IMG/VR virus record: IMGVR_UViG_3300025816_000002
Strand: one strand, 5' to 3'
Source: a virus
Length of the DNA: 64,000 nucleotides
Shown here: positions 1-9,820 of the stretch, piece by piece
How the letters are laid out: the number at the start of each line of letters is the position of its first letter
Numbering within the stretch: position 1 is the stretch's first letter
The notes under the pieces: model-generated
Database searches by the model: none
The model's input: the letters and a program-made list of their open reading frames with translations, nothing else
What the model was told of the DNA's origin: nothing
Position numbers and translations under genes: made by a program

Positions 1-85
1 CAGCCATGATGCTGTTGATCTTTGTCATAATGTTTGTTAATCGTTTCATTGTTATTAAGTATTTATTTGTTATTGTTAAATTCAT
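1..85 (-). CDS. 5' part of an early gene running off the left edge (MNLTITNKYLITMKRLTNIMTKINSIMA...)
   Basis: ATG at 85 (or 49) directly behind an early promoter motif; frame open to position 1 and continues in frame at 64000 if the ends are joined. Confidence 0.6.
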   Translation of the reverse strand, partial: MNLTITNKYLITMKRLTNIMTKINSIMA

Positions 86-120
86 ATATATTATCGTATG
101 AGAGTCGTGTTAATGTTGTA
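81..120 (-). promoter_or_regulatory. Early promoter motif copy 1
   Basis: TACAA-N6-CACGA-N8-CGATAATATATATG on - strand; one of six copies with identical spacing. Confidence 0.8.
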
Positions 121-356
121 GGTATGTGAAGTGTATTGTGAGGATCCAAACGGAGTAGCCTGATCCGGTAGCTAGGGCCCGCGATAGAAAGCCTAAACCT
201 GGGCTGTAAACTGCATGGAAAAGCTGAAACCGTGCAGGAAAGCCGAAAAAAGGACAGGGGGCTGGGCAAAATGAAACGCGTTTCTGTATAGGATTAGCAA
301 GGTGAATTAAGTACGCAACCCCATCTCTCTCTATTGGTAATAATTTTAAAAAACAG

Positions 357-399
357 TGACGTTAGCCTAGTATAATATAATAATAGGGGGCTATTGTCG
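357..399. promoter_or_regulatory. Inverted-repeat element copy 1
   Basis: TGACGTTAGC-N23(AT-rich)-GCTATTGTCG; similar elements at 24709 and 56566. Confidence 0.7.
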
Positions 400-411
400 C
401 ACTTCTACAAT

Positions 412-440
412 GTAAAATAGGGTGTTTACACGTAAGTATA
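412..440 (+). promoter_or_regulatory. Putative late (phage sigma) promoter copy 1
   Basis: GTAAAA-N14-GTAAGTATA upstream of the first + strand gene; same spacing at five other operon starts. Confidence 0.6.
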
Positions 441-452
441 TAGGTATATAAA

Positions 453-725
453 ATGATTATGGCAAAACCAAAGAAGAAAGGCGGACCGAAGCAACAATTG
501 AGTCCCTTGGCAGCTAGAAAAAAGGCTAGAAGAGACTATTTGTATGCAATGACACCTAGGCGTAGGAGAATGAAGGCTGAGAGTCAAAGAAAAAACTGCC
601 CTGATGGCTATGATTATGATCATAACAAGAAAGCTTGTGTAAAATCGTCTATAAACAGAGGTGGTACTCAGAGTAGTAGTAAGAAAGATGGTACAAAAGC
701 GGAATATAAACAAAATAGGAAATAA
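453..725 (+). CDS. Small basic protein, possible capsid-internal protein
   Basis: 90 aa, very K/R-rich, SPL motif. Confidence 0.7.
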   Translation: MIMAKPKKKGGPKQQLSPLAARKKARRDYLYAMTPRRRRMKAESQRKNCPDGYDYDHNKKACVKSSINRGGTQSSSKKDGTKAEYKQNRK

Positions 726-728
726 AAC

Positions 729-3700
729 ATGGCAATAATATATTCATACCCTGAGATACCTGATGTACAAGGAGGAGATTTACTACTTATAAGTGACACA
801 GGGGCCCCTAACAAGCCGACCAGGAGTGTGGACATAGATGACCTAGCTGCTTATATAGGTACGGTTGTGGGTGTTGTACAGAATTTACAATCAGTACTTA
901 CAGTTGGTAACACATATGTTAGCCCCGATGGATATGGTACGTTTACTTTAAATGATATTGCGAACAATGATGGTAGTATAAAGTTTGCAAATACAGATGA
1001 AGGATGGGGGTATCAAATTAGTGCAGAGGAGGGTTTTAACATTACTGATGGCCACGAAACTAACTTAATGTCCATTTATTCCTCAGGACTATCAATAAGA
1101 AATGGTGCTCAGATAATGAACATTGGTACTAATGCGTTAACCGCAACTAGAAATGTATACTTTCCAGACGCTTCAGGAACAATAGCATTAGAAAATGTAT
1201 CTGAATGGTATAATGTCACTGGTTCTAGAGGTTTAGGTAATTTATTGGTTAAAATAGGTGATTACGACAACTCTGGCAATGGCACTTTTCTTTCAATAGA
1301 CGATGCAGACCAGTCTATAATTTTTACAAAAGGAGGAGTGGTTGAAAGTAAGTTTGTATTTGCCGCTACTCAAGATAGAGATTACACGTTTCCTAACGCG
1401 GACGGAACAATTGCATTGACAAGTGATATACCAGCTCCTGGGCCTGGCGGATCTGGTACAACTAATTACACAGCTAGATGGACAAATGCTAGTACTTTAG
1501 GTATTGGTGCGTTATATGATAACGGTACTAATGTAGGTATTGGAACTACAAACCCAACACAAAAACTCGAAGTTAATGGTACCGTGTTACTTAGCACTTT
1601 ACCGAACAATAACGGAAGGCTATGTCTAGGTGATGTCAGTACTAACCTTTTCAGTAATGCCGCAAGCGGTCATTTGTATATTTCAACTAACAATTCTTCT
1701 AGAATGACTATTCTCAACAACGGCAATGTAGGGATCGGGACGACTAGTCCTGGTTTCAAGCTAGATGTTGCTGGAAATGCTAAAGTATCTTCTAATTTTT
1801 ACATAGGAAATGTGGATGCTGTAACAACAGCTACAGAGGTTTTAGTTAGACAAAGTGATAGAGTTAGAGGTATAACGCCTGCTAATTTAATAAACGCTTC
1901 TGGTGGTCCTTTCTTACCACTAGCTGGTGGTGCAATGACTGGAAATACAAACCACAGCGATAACGTAAAAGATAGATACGGAACAGGTAACGACTTCCAG
2001 ATATGGCATGATGGTTCAAATACTTTCTTAAGCAATGAAGGTGAGGGACATTTAAACATAATAAACACAGGTGACGACAGAGATATAATATTTAAGACAG
2101 ACGATGGTTCTGGAGCTACTACTTCATACATGGTAATTGATGGAAGCGCTGAGCAAACAAGGTTTTATAAAGACACTAGGTATACTGACGGTATAAAAGC
2201 AAATTTTGGTGACAGTAATGATTTACAAATATATCATAGTGGTTCCCACAGTTATATAAAAGACACAGGGACCGGCTCTTTATATTTACAAACAAATGGT
2301 TCGGCTATATACCTACAGGATACAGATGGTAATGCTATGGCTCAATTCACCGATGGTGGTGGTAGTTTTTTATTTTACAATGGTAATTTAAAATTATCAA
2401 CTACAAACACAGGTGTTACTGTAACGGGTGCAGCTACTGCAACTACTTTTTTAGGTGATTTAAACGGTACAATAAATACAGCAACTACAGCTGTAACAAA
2501 AGCAAACGCTACAAACGACACTACAGTAGCTACTACGGCTTTTGTACAAAACTTAATAGGTACAATACCTGCAGGTTTAGTATTTCAAGGTACGTGGAAC
2601 GCTGCAACAAACACACCAACTCTTACAAGCGGATCTGGTACAACAGGTCATTTCTATATAGTATCAACGGATGGTTCAACAAATCTAGACGGTATCACTG
2701 ACTGGAAAGTTGGTGACTGGGCTGTATTTGTAGAACAAGGTGCTAGCGATCAATGGGAAAAAGTAGATAACTCTTCTGTATTAGATGGATCTGGTACAGG
2801 TGGATCAATAGCTGGATGGGCAGGGTCTGGAACTTCAAACACACTAACCAATGCTCCTATAACATTCTCAGGTAATAATACAACTTTTGCAGGTAATATT
2901 ACTACAAATACTGGATTATTAGATTTAAATATTGGCACTACAAATATTGGAATTGAAGTAAAATCTACTGATGCTGGTTCATATATAAGATTTGATGATG
3001 GTGATAATGCTGACAGATGGTACTTAGGTGTACAAAGTGGGGATTTTGGAATTTACAATAATGCCAATGAAAAACCTTTTCAAATAGATTCATCTAAAAA
3101 CGCTACTTTTACAGGAAATATAAGCTTTGGTGATTCACATTTTATAGGTGATGATGCAAATGATAATTTATTAATCCAAGGTTCTGCTAGCGAAAATGTT
3201 ATCATAAGGTCAGAAGATGGTTTGTACTTTAGAACTGGCGGTAATAACACAAGGTTAAGTATCAATAGCTCTGGCAACGTCGGGATCGGAACTACCAGTC
3301 CTACAGCAAACCTTCATGTTACAGGCATCTCTTCTAGCGGTAATCTACCAATAGCTAAAATAGAATCCACAGGAAACATTAGTTATCTTAAATTCTTTAA
3401 TTCCTCAACTGGAACTGGATCCTCAGATGGCACGTATATAGGAATGAATGGCGGTACTGCTTATTTGATTAATAAAGAAGCTGGTAATTTGTATTTAGGA
3501 ACTGGCGACGATATTAATTTAACTTTACAAAACGGAGGTAATGTAGGGATCGGGACTACTAGTCCCTCTAGACCATTAAGTGTTTATAGAAGCACAGCAG
3601 GTTCAGCTGCAAACTTCCTACATTATACAGATGCTACAGCATTTGCTGGGCTATATATTGATGTTGATAATGTAAATAATATAGTAGAGCTTAATGCCAG

Positions 3701-5126
3701 CGGGGATACAGCGTCAACAATGGCTTTCCAAACAGGAAACGCTGAGAGAATGCGTATAACTACAACAGGTAACGTCGGGATTGGGACGACTAGTCCTGGT
3801 CATAAGTTATCGGTTATAGGTGGTCATATACAGACAGATGGTAATGTGTACACTAATGTTATTAGAGATAATACAGGAGGAAATGTTTCTATTCAAGACA
3901 ACGGAGGTAACGTAGGTATTGGAACTGCTAGTCCAGCGTATAAGTTAGATATTTATGGAGGAAATATTCAAATTAACAATGGAGGTGCTACTTGGCTCGG
4001 AAGTGATTCAACTGGTGGATTTGCTAGAACATTTAATGGTAACACATTTAGGTTTATAAGTTCATCTAATTCTGAAACCGTGAGAATTGATAATGCAACA
4101 GGTAACGTCGGTATCGGGGTGACTAGCCCAGCAACAGTAGGTGGAACCGCTAAGTTAACAGTAAATGTAGGAAGCGGAACCTCATCGCCAGTATCTATAG
4201 TAAACGGTACTACAGATGGTATGTATATTAGGAGGTATGCTGTGAATGGGCAATATCAAATTCAAACAACTTCTGGTAGCGGGAATAGTGGTAATTTATC
4301 TCTTCAATCATACGGAGGTAACGTAGGTATCGGGACGACTAATCCTGGAGGTAATCTACATGTTGTTGGTAGAGCAGGGCAAGCGGGGCAAATATATTTA
4401 TCAGATATTGACAACGGAAGTGGAACTGGCGATGCTTTGCTTATTTCTAAATCTGGTAATAATGCTTTTGTTTATAATAGAGATAGCGGTAGTTTATCTT
4501 TTGGTTCAAACAATACTAGTAACTATTTAAATATCACCTCTTCAGGCAACGTAGGTATTGGTACGACTAGTCCAGCTAACAAACTCGATGTTGTTGGTAT
4601 TTCTAGGTTTACACACTCTTCTTCAACATCTTATAGAGGAGCTATCGAAACAGTAACAGACAATGCATATCCTACTTGGGAAATTGGTTGGGTTCACACT
4701 AGAACTACCAGTAGTACTTATGGTACCATAGCACGTTTTAACAATCAAACCGGAACTTCAATAGGTGGTATTGTTTATAGCGGTTCTTCAGGAACTAGCT
4801 TTGTTACTACTTCAGACTACAGATTAAAGGAAAATATTAAAGAAATAAGAGACAGTATAAGTAGAGTCAAAAAACTCAAGCCGTGTAGATTTAATTTTGC
4901 TGCAGAGAAGAATAGGATTATAGATGGTTTTATAGCTCACGAAGTTCAAGAAGTAGTTCCTGAAGCTGTTCACGGTGAAAAAGATGCTCTGCAAAAAGAC
5001 GGGTCAATCGATGCTCAAACACTGGAGGTGTCTAGGTTGATTCCAGTACTTACAAAAGCGTTACAAGAAGCTATAAATAAAATAGAAGAACTAGAGTTAA
5101 GAATACAAACAATAGAAAACAATTAA
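729..5126 (+). CDS. Tail fibre with C-terminal intramolecular chaperone (peptidase S74)
   Basis: Nine (G/T)NVGIG(T/V)(T/A)(S/N)P repeats; C-terminal TSDYRLKENI...GFIAHEVQEVVPEAV and coiled-coil end. Confidence 0.9.
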   Translation: MAIIYSYPEIPDVQGGDLLLISDTGAPNKPTRSVDIDDLAAYIGTVVGVVQNLQSVLTVGNTYVSPDGYGTFTLNDIANNDGSIKFANTDEGWGYQISAEEGFNITDGHETNLMSIYSSGLSIRNGAQIMNIGTNALTATRNVYFPDASGTIALENVSEWYNVTGSRGLGNLLVKIGDYDNSGNGTFLSIDDADQSIIFTKGGVVESKFVFAATQDRDYTFPNADGTIALTSDIPAPGPGGSGTTNYTARWTNASTLGIGALYDNGTNVGIGTTNPTQKLEVNGTVLLSTLPNNNGRLCLGDVSTNLFSNAASGHLYISTNNSSRMTILNNGNVGIGTTSPGFKLDVAGNAKVSSNFYIGNVDAVTTATEVLVRQSDRVRGITPANLINASGGPFLPLAGGAMTGNTNHSDNVKDRYGTGNDFQIWHDGSNTFLSNEGEGHLNIINTGDDRDIIFKTDDGSGATTSYMVIDGSAEQTRFYKDTRYTDGIKANFGDSNDLQIYHSGSHSYIKDTGTGSLYLQTNGSAIYLQDTDGNAMAQFTDGGGSFLFYNGNLKLSTTNTGVTVTGAATATTFLGDLNGTINTATTAVTKANATNDTTVATTAFVQNLIGTIPAGLVFQGTWNAATNTPTLTSGSGTTGHFYIVSTDGSTNLDGITDWKVGDWAVFVEQGASDQWEKVDNSSVLDGSGTGGSIAGWAGSGTSNTLTNAPITFSGNNTTFAGNITTNTGLLDLNIGTTNIGIEVKSTDAGSYIRFDDGDNADRWYLGVQSGDFGIYNNANEKPFQIDSSKNATFTGNISFGDSHFIGDDANDNLLIQGSASENVIIRSEDGLYFRTGGNNTRLSINSSGNVGIGTTSPTANLHVTGISSSGNLPIAKIESTGNISYLKFFNSSTGTGSSDGTYIGMNGGTAYLINKEAGNLYLGTGDDINLTLQNGGNVGIGTTSPSRPLSVYRSTAGSAANFLHYTDATAFAGLYIDVDNVNNIVELNASGDTASTMAFQTGNAERMRITTTGNVGIGTTSPGHKLSVIGGHIQTDGNVYTNVIRDNTGGNVSIQDNGGNVGIGTASPAYKLDIYGGNIQINNGGATWLGSDSTGGFARTFNGNTFRFISSSNSETVRIDNATGNVGIGVTSPATVGGTAKLTVNVGSGTSSPVSIVNGTTDGMYIRRYAVNGQYQIQTTSGSGNSGNLSLQSYGGNVGIGTTNPGGNLHVVGRAGQAGQIYLSDIDNGSGTGDALLISKSGNNAFVYNRDSGSLSFGSNNTSNYLNITSSGNVGIGTTSPANKLDVVGISRFTHSSSTSYRGAIETVTDNAYPTWEIGWVHTRTTSSTYGTIARFNNQTGTSIGGIVYSGSSGTSFVTTSDYRLKENIKEIRDSISRVKKLKPCRFNFAAEKNRIIDGFIAHEVQEVVPEAVHGEKDALQKDGSIDAQTLEVSRLIPVLTKALQEAINKIEELELRIQTIENN

Positions 5127-5146
5127 ACAATTAAACAATTAGAAAA

Positions 5147-5512
5147 ATGGCAACAACTTATAACTGGAATTGCAAAACAGTGGATGCTTATCCACAAGAT
5201 GGAGATTATACTGACTTAGTGTACAACGTGCATTGGATAGTTACCGGTATATCAAGCGAATTAGACTCTCAAGGTGTAGCTTACAATGTAACCAACATTG
5301 GAACACAAACACTAGATACTAGTGAGGTAACAGATTTTATCCCATTTGAGGATTTAACAAACGACGAGGTTGTTGCTTGGACTAAAGGAGCTATGGGTAA
5401 CGAGCAAGTTGCAGAGATTGAGGCTAGTATTGAAAAACAAATACAAGATTTAATAACGCCTACAAGTATTACATTGGTAATCGGTGAACCTGTACCACCT
5501 GTTGAAGAATAA
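5147..5512 (+). CDS. Tail-fibre-associated assembly/partner protein
   Basis: 121-aa acidic ORF directly after the fibre gene; typical position for such partners. Confidence 0.6.
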   Translation: MATTYNWNCKTVDAYPQDGDYTDLVYNVHWIVTGISSELDSQGVAYNVTNIGTQTLDTSEVTDFIPFEDLTNDEVVAWTKGAMGNEQVAEIEASIEKQIQDLITPTSITLVIGEPVPPVEE

Positions 5513-5516
5513 ATAG

Positions 5517-5545
5517 GTAAAAAAACCATAAACCAGGTAATAATA
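5517..5545 (+). promoter_or_regulatory. Putative late promoter copy 2
   Basis: GTAAAA-N14-GTAATAATA upstream of groEL. Confidence 0.6.
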
Positions 5546-5592
5546 CAATTGTATCAGAAGATATAAATCAAATCTAATTAAATAAAATAAAC

Positions 5593-7146
5593 ATGGATGC
5601 AATTGTTAAAAACCTAAACTTCGGAGAAGAAGCCAGGGTTAATGTATTTAAAGGTATAGAAAAACTTACAAATGCCGTTAGCTCCACATTAGGAGCTAGT
5701 GGTAAATGTGTAATGTTAGAAGACCACGCTGGAAACCCTATTATAACAAAAGATGGCGTTACAGTGGCTGATTCTATAATATTGAGAGACCCTGTAGAAA
5801 ATATGGGTGCTACTCTTTTAAAAGAAGCTGCAAGAAAGACTGTCCGAGAAGCAGGTGATGGTACCACCACGGCTACAGTACTTGCTCATGCAATTTTACA
5901 GGAGGCATATAAAGTTTCAGATAAAAAGAACTCAAGGGAATTAAAAGACGGTATAAATTCAGCTACGCAGAAAGTAGTTAAATACTTACAGTCTATAGCA
6001 GTGGGCGTTAAAGGTGATATGATAGATCAAATAGCTACGATATCAACAAACAACGACCCAGAGCTCGGTAAGATAATAGCTGATGCTTTTAGAGCAGTAG
6101 ATAACACAGGTGTTGTAATGATGGAAACATCAGCGGACGGTAAAACATCGGTGGAAATTGTTGATGGCGTACAATACAACAAGGGATTAACAAATTCTCA
6201 TTTCATAACAAACCAGCAAACAAAAACAGCTGAATTAGAAAACCCGTTGATTTTACTTATAGAATCTCCGGTTGACACAATAAGACAGATACAATCTGTA
6301 CTAGAGTATGTAATAAAAAACAATAAACCTTTGCTTATTATAGGCGATTTAGAACAAGGTGTTTTATCTGCTCTAGCTATGAATAAGAATAAAGGTAATA
6401 TAAAGGTTAATGTGGTTAATGCACCTACTTACGGTGTTAGCAAACAGGAAGTTTTAGAAGACTTATCTTTATTAACAGGTGCTACGGTGATAAATGAAGA
6501 TCTAGGGGATGATATGGATATGATCCAAGTTGAATACTTAGGCACTTGTTTAAAAAGCGTCACCTCTCACGAAGACACCATTATTCAAGTAAAAGAGTCA
6601 AGTGATGAAATCTTAAGCATCATAGATGACATTAAGAAAAAAATAGCAGAAGCTAAACAACCACATGAAGTGGTGAAACTAGAAAAGAGATTAGCCATGC
6701 TAGCAGCTAAAATAGCTATTGTAAAAATAGGTGCTGACTCAGAAGTCGAACTGAAAGAAAAAACCGACAGAGTAGAAGATGCTATTTGCGCAACCAAAGC
6801 CGCAATTAAAGAAGGAATTGTTCCCGGAGGAGGAATTGCGCTACTAAATGCTTCTACAAATATAGCGTCTAAGTCTGAAGGTGAAGCAGTGCTCCTGGAA
6901 GCAATTAGGGCGCCATATAAGACAATATTGGATAACGCCGGCATAATAGACTACGAAACTCATAAAGTTAAAGGAAGAGGCCTTAATGTGGTTACTGGAA
7001 AAACAGTGAATATGATTAAGTCTGGGATTATAGATCCTTTGCTAGTTACAAAAAGTGCATTGAGAAATGCAGCATCGGTAGCTACTACTATTTTATCAAC
7101 TGATTGTGTAATCAATAACTTGAGAATAGATGAGAGCGGTAGGTAA
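5593..7146 (+). CDS. groEL: Phage chaperonin GroEL
   Basis: ITKDGVTVA, AGDGTTTATVLA, GIVPGGGIAL, GIIDPLLVTKSAL; no GGM tail. Confidence 0.97.
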   Translation: MDAIVKNLNFGEEARVNVFKGIEKLTNAVSSTLGASGKCVMLEDHAGNPIITKDGVTVADSIILRDPVENMGATLLKEAARKTVREAGDGTTTATVLAHAILQEAYKVSDKKNSRELKDGINSATQKVVKYLQSIAVGVKGDMIDQIATISTNNDPELGKIIADAFRAVDNTGVVMMETSADGKTSVEIVDGVQYNKGLTNSHFITNQQTKTAELENPLILLIESPVDTIRQIQSVLEYVIKNNKPLLIIGDLEQGVLSALAMNKNKGNIKVNVVNAPTYGVSKQEVLEDLSLLTGATVINEDLGDDMDMIQVEYLGTCLKSVTSHEDTIIQVKESSDEILSIIDDIKKKIAEAKQPHEVVKLEKRLAMLAAKIAIVKIGADSEVELKEKTDRVEDAICATKAAIKEGIVPGGGIALLNASTNIASKSEGEAVLLEAIRAPYKTILDNAGIIDYETHKVKGRGLNVVTGKTVNMIKSGIIDPLLVTKSALRNAASVATTILSTDCVINNLRIDESGR

Positions 7147-7390
7147 TAATATTATAATAAAAAAGCTAAAAGAAGGAACCGCTGAAACAAAAGGCGGTTT
7201 ACTTCTAGCTGAAAATCACAGGGAAGATATAAGATATACTGAAGCTAAAGTTATAAGTGTCGGCGAAGCCGTGCAGGGGATTAATGAACTTGATTGTATA
7301 TTTTTTGATAGACATGCTGGTCATAAAATAGAGTATAAAAAAGAAGTATACCATATTATAAAAAATAAAGATGTAGTTGTTGTTTTATGA
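7130..7390 (+). CDS. groES: Co-chaperonin GroES
   Basis: IIIK...TKGGLLL mobile loop, AKVISVGE, YHIIKNKDVVVVL; overlaps the end of groEL. Confidence 0.9.
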   Translation: MRAVGNNIIIKKLKEGTAETKGGLLLAENHREDIRYTEAKVISVGEAVQGINELDCIFFDRHAGHKIEYKKEVYHIIKNKDVVVVL

Positions 7391-7830
7391 GAAGGCTAGA
7401 GGCGAGGGATATTAAAGATATGAACTTGTTAAAACATTATCGCATAATACGTAAATGGGCTTGCAAAAACAATAACTTAAACGACGCTGATTTAGAATTG
7501 TTAGTTTATTTCGATTGTATGGATTACTTTACAAAGCATGACTTTATGGAAGGTACTTATTCTTACAGTTGGGATAACAGGCGTTGGAATAGATTGCTAA
7601 AAGAAGGTTGGATAGTTGTATGGAGGAAAAGAAACAGAACAACGCAGAAATACCATATATATAAAGTATCTTTTAAGTGTAAACAATTAATAAGTAGAAT
7701 GTATCGAATGATGTTAGGTGAAGAAGATATACCTACGAGTAGAAGAAACAGAATAATGAAAGGTTTGACGTACACTGATAAAGTTTTAAAAAAAGCAATA
7801 GAAATAGTTAATAAAGACAAAAATAGATAG
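7387..7830 (+). CDS. Putative winged-helix (MarR-like) protein
   Basis: LNDADLELLVY...WNRLLKEGWIVVW...YKVSFKCKQL pattern resembles a wHTH. Confidence 0.45.
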   Translation: MRRLEARDIKDMNLLKHYRIIRKWACKNNNLNDADLELLVYFDCMDYFTKHDFMEGTYSYSWDNRRWNRLLKEGWIVVWRKRNRTTQKYHIYKVSFKCKQLISRMYRMMLGEEDIPTSRRNRIMKGLTYTDKVLKKAIEIVNKDKNR

Positions 7831-7831
7831 T

Positions 7832-8344
7832 ATGGATACACCATTAGATAAAAAACTTATTGGAAATCAGGACAAGCTTCCTGAGGCTTTAAAGACTAAA
7901 ATTGAAGCCGCTCCAGAAAGCCCAGTTAAATTTATGGGTGGATTAGCAGCCACTGCTGCTAGATCAAGTTCTGGTGGAGGAACCGGCTCACTTGGTGATA
8001 TGAGTAAAGGAATTTTAGGTATAACACAAAAAATGCTAGCAAAGCAAGAGCAGGAGCAATATAGAGCCAATGCTAATGTAGGAGATCCATTTTTTAAACC
8101 AGGCGTAGAAAGAATTAAGCCAGAACAAAGAACTGATTCAGCTAGCTACGGCAATAAATCTGTTTTTTCTCCTTCGCAGAATTCAAATGGTGAGTTTGTA
8201 TTTGGCAGTCAAGAACAAAGGCAAAGAAGCATGCCCGTTAGAGGAAATGTCGAAGGTCCTTTAGCTATGAAAGATCAAAACGGCGACGGCGAAATTACAC
8301 GCGCTGACGTTATAAAAGCTAGAATAGAAGGCTATAAGGAATAA
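7832..8344 (+). CDS. Low-complexity hypothetical, possible internal virion protein
   Basis: 170 aa; TPL/SPV/GPL motifs; C-terminal DQNGDGEITRAD EF-hand-like loop. Confidence 0.7.
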   Translation: MDTPLDKKLIGNQDKLPEALKTKIEAAPESPVKFMGGLAATAARSSSGGGTGSLGDMSKGILGITQKMLAKQEQEQYRANANVGDPFFKPGVERIKPEQRTDSASYGNKSVFSPSQNSNGEFVFGSQEQRQRSMPVRGNVEGPLAMKDQNGDGEITRADVIKARIEGYKE

Positions 8345-8366
8345 ACATTTTAAAAATATAAATATT

Positions 8367-8570
8367 ATGGATAAAGATAAAGCAGTTTTAAGTAACTCAA
8401 AGTTTAAGGGGCAATCAGGAGAAAACTCTTTATGGGATGGGCCCTTGAGTAAAGCGGGATTTCCTATGGGCAAAGGCTCTAGTTCAGGAATTAACGGAAT
8501 GCAGGTTAGTAAAGCTGATTGTGGATGCAGTTCATTTAAAGGTCCTATAACTCAACGAGCTAAAGGATAA
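8367..8570 (+). CDS. Small basic hypothetical protein
   Basis: 67 aa, G/K/S-rich, GPL and GPI motifs. Confidence 0.7.
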   Translation: MDKDKAVLSNSKFKGQSGENSLWDGPLSKAGFPMGKGSSSGINGMQVSKADCGCSSFKGPITQRAKG

Positions 8571-8574
8571 TGAT

Positions 8575-8730
8575 ATGACGCTAGGAGACTTCAAACTATA
8601 CACGATAAATACATTGGCATTAGGCGTTACTACATTTACTAAAATAGAAATGGGATTAAAAATATTCTTATTACTAGTTACTATAGGCTACACTATGTCT
8701 AAATGGTTCAAACTTAAAAAGGATAAATAA
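8575..8730 (+). CDS. Small membrane protein, holin-like
   Basis: 51 aa not in the ORF track (MTLGDFKLYTINTLALGVTTFTKIEMGLKIFLLLVTIGYTMSKWFKLKKDK); hydrophobic segments and basic tail; fills the gap. Confidence 0.65.
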   Translation: MTLGDFKLYTINTLALGVTTFTKIEMGLKIFLLLVTIGYTMSKWFKLKKDK

Positions 8731-8732
8731 CT

Positions 8733-9050
8733 ATGGCTTATATTCAATCAAACTCTCCGTTTTTAAAAAAGGGAGACGCACCGTCACGTAAAAAATCAGA
8801 AGGCAACTACGCTAAAGTAAAAAAAGGTGGAGGTACCGGATCTAAAGCTGGCGGAGGTATGACTAGCAAAGGAGTTAAGAAGTATAGAAGAGATAATCCT
8901 GGTAGTAAATTGCAAACAGCGGTTACAACACCTCCTTCTCAATTAAAAAAAGGTAGCAAGGCTGCTAAAAGAAGAAAGTCATTTTGTGCTAGATCAAAAG
9001 GTTGGACTTCTGAAAGAGGAAGAGCTGCTAGAAGAAAATGGAACTGTTAA
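8733..9050 (+). CDS. Small basic protein of a type common in marine phages
   Basis: 105 aa, very basic, N-terminal SPF, C-terminal KSFCAR...RKWNC. Confidence 0.75.
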   Translation: MAYIQSNSPFLKKGDAPSRKKSEGNYAKVKKGGGTGSKAGGGMTSKGVKKYRRDNPGSKLQTAVTTPPSQLKKGSKAAKRRKSFCARSKGWTSERGRAARRKWNC

Positions 9051-9067
9051 TATATAAATAAATAATT

Positions 9068-9376
9068 ATGAACAAATCAAGGAAAAAAATAGCACAAGAT
9101 TATTCTAGGAACGCTATGGCAGACGCTAAATCAAGCAGTGCTAAAATTAGAAAAGAAGGTAAATACGAAGCCAAGGAAGCTGTAAGAGCAGCCTCGGGAG
9201 CTCCTGTAAGAATGGAGTCTTCTAAACAGGAAAAAAAGAACTTAATGAAGGACATGCCGGTTGATAAATCAGCATCTGCTTTAAACAATCTTAACAAAGG
9301 CTATGGAAACCAAGTTAAATCACCTATGAATATGGGAGGTTCTTGGATGTCTAAGCACAGTAAGAGTAGAATGTAA
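9068..9376 (+). CDS. Small basic hypothetical protein
   Basis: 102 aa K/S/M-rich, SPM motif. Confidence 0.7.
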   Translation: MNKSRKKIAQDYSRNAMADAKSSSAKIRKEGKYEAKEAVRAASGAPVRMESSKQEKKNLMKDMPVDKSASALNNLNKGYGNQVKSPMNMGGSWMSKHSKSRM

Positions 9377-9400
9377 AAACAGTAGAGATCTGTAATAAAA
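9373..9400 (+). promoter_or_regulatory. Putative late promoter copy 3
   Basis: GTAAAA-N13-GTAATAAAA. Confidence 0.5.
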
Positions 9401-9412
9401 CTCAAAACGCCA

Positions 9413-9444
9413 AACACTAACACTAACTTAACACTAACACTAAC
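9413..9444 (+). repeat. AACACT short tandem repeat in a 5' leader
   Basis: (AACACT)2AAC TT (AACACT)2AAC just upstream of the ATG at 9449. Confidence 0.7.
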
Positions 9445-9448
9445 AAAA

Positions 9449-9808
9449 ATGGCAAAATTTATTAAATTTGACTTAACGGCTAACAACCCAAGTCCAGAAT
9501 TATTAATTCCACTAGATGCAATTACACACTGCGTAACAGTAAACGGAACTGCAACAGACGTCTTCTTAAGCATTAACAATGCAGCTTCAACTAAATGGAG
9601 AATTACTCACACGACTCCTTTAGTAGCTACGGCTGTATTATCAGCTATTCAAGATGCTCAAAAAGCTAACCCAGGAGGAGTGGTATCTACTGTCGTAGGG
9701 CCTATTCAAACTGCTCAAGTGCCTTTGGCTCAAACAGGATCTGGGCGCCAGGTTATCACTACTGCTGCAAAAAGCGTTACTTTTACGAGTGCCGTATTTA
9801 CAGCATAA
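9449..9808 (+). CDS. Hypothetical structural protein
   Basis: 119 aa A/T/V-rich; has its own promoter motif and terminator. Confidence 0.7.
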   Translation: MAKFIKFDLTANNPSPELLIPLDAITHCVTVNGTATDVFLSINNAASTKWRITHTTPLVATAVLSAIQDAQKANPGGVVSTVVGPIQTAQVPLAQTGSGRQVITTAAKSVTFTSAVFTA

Positions 9809-9820
9809 TTAAACTAATTA

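Noticed and set aside
121-300. Hammerhead ribozyme, or the 68-aa ORF 63-269
   Set aside because: CTGATC does not fit the CUGANGA core and the three stems cannot be built; the ORF has no credible start context and crosses an early promoter
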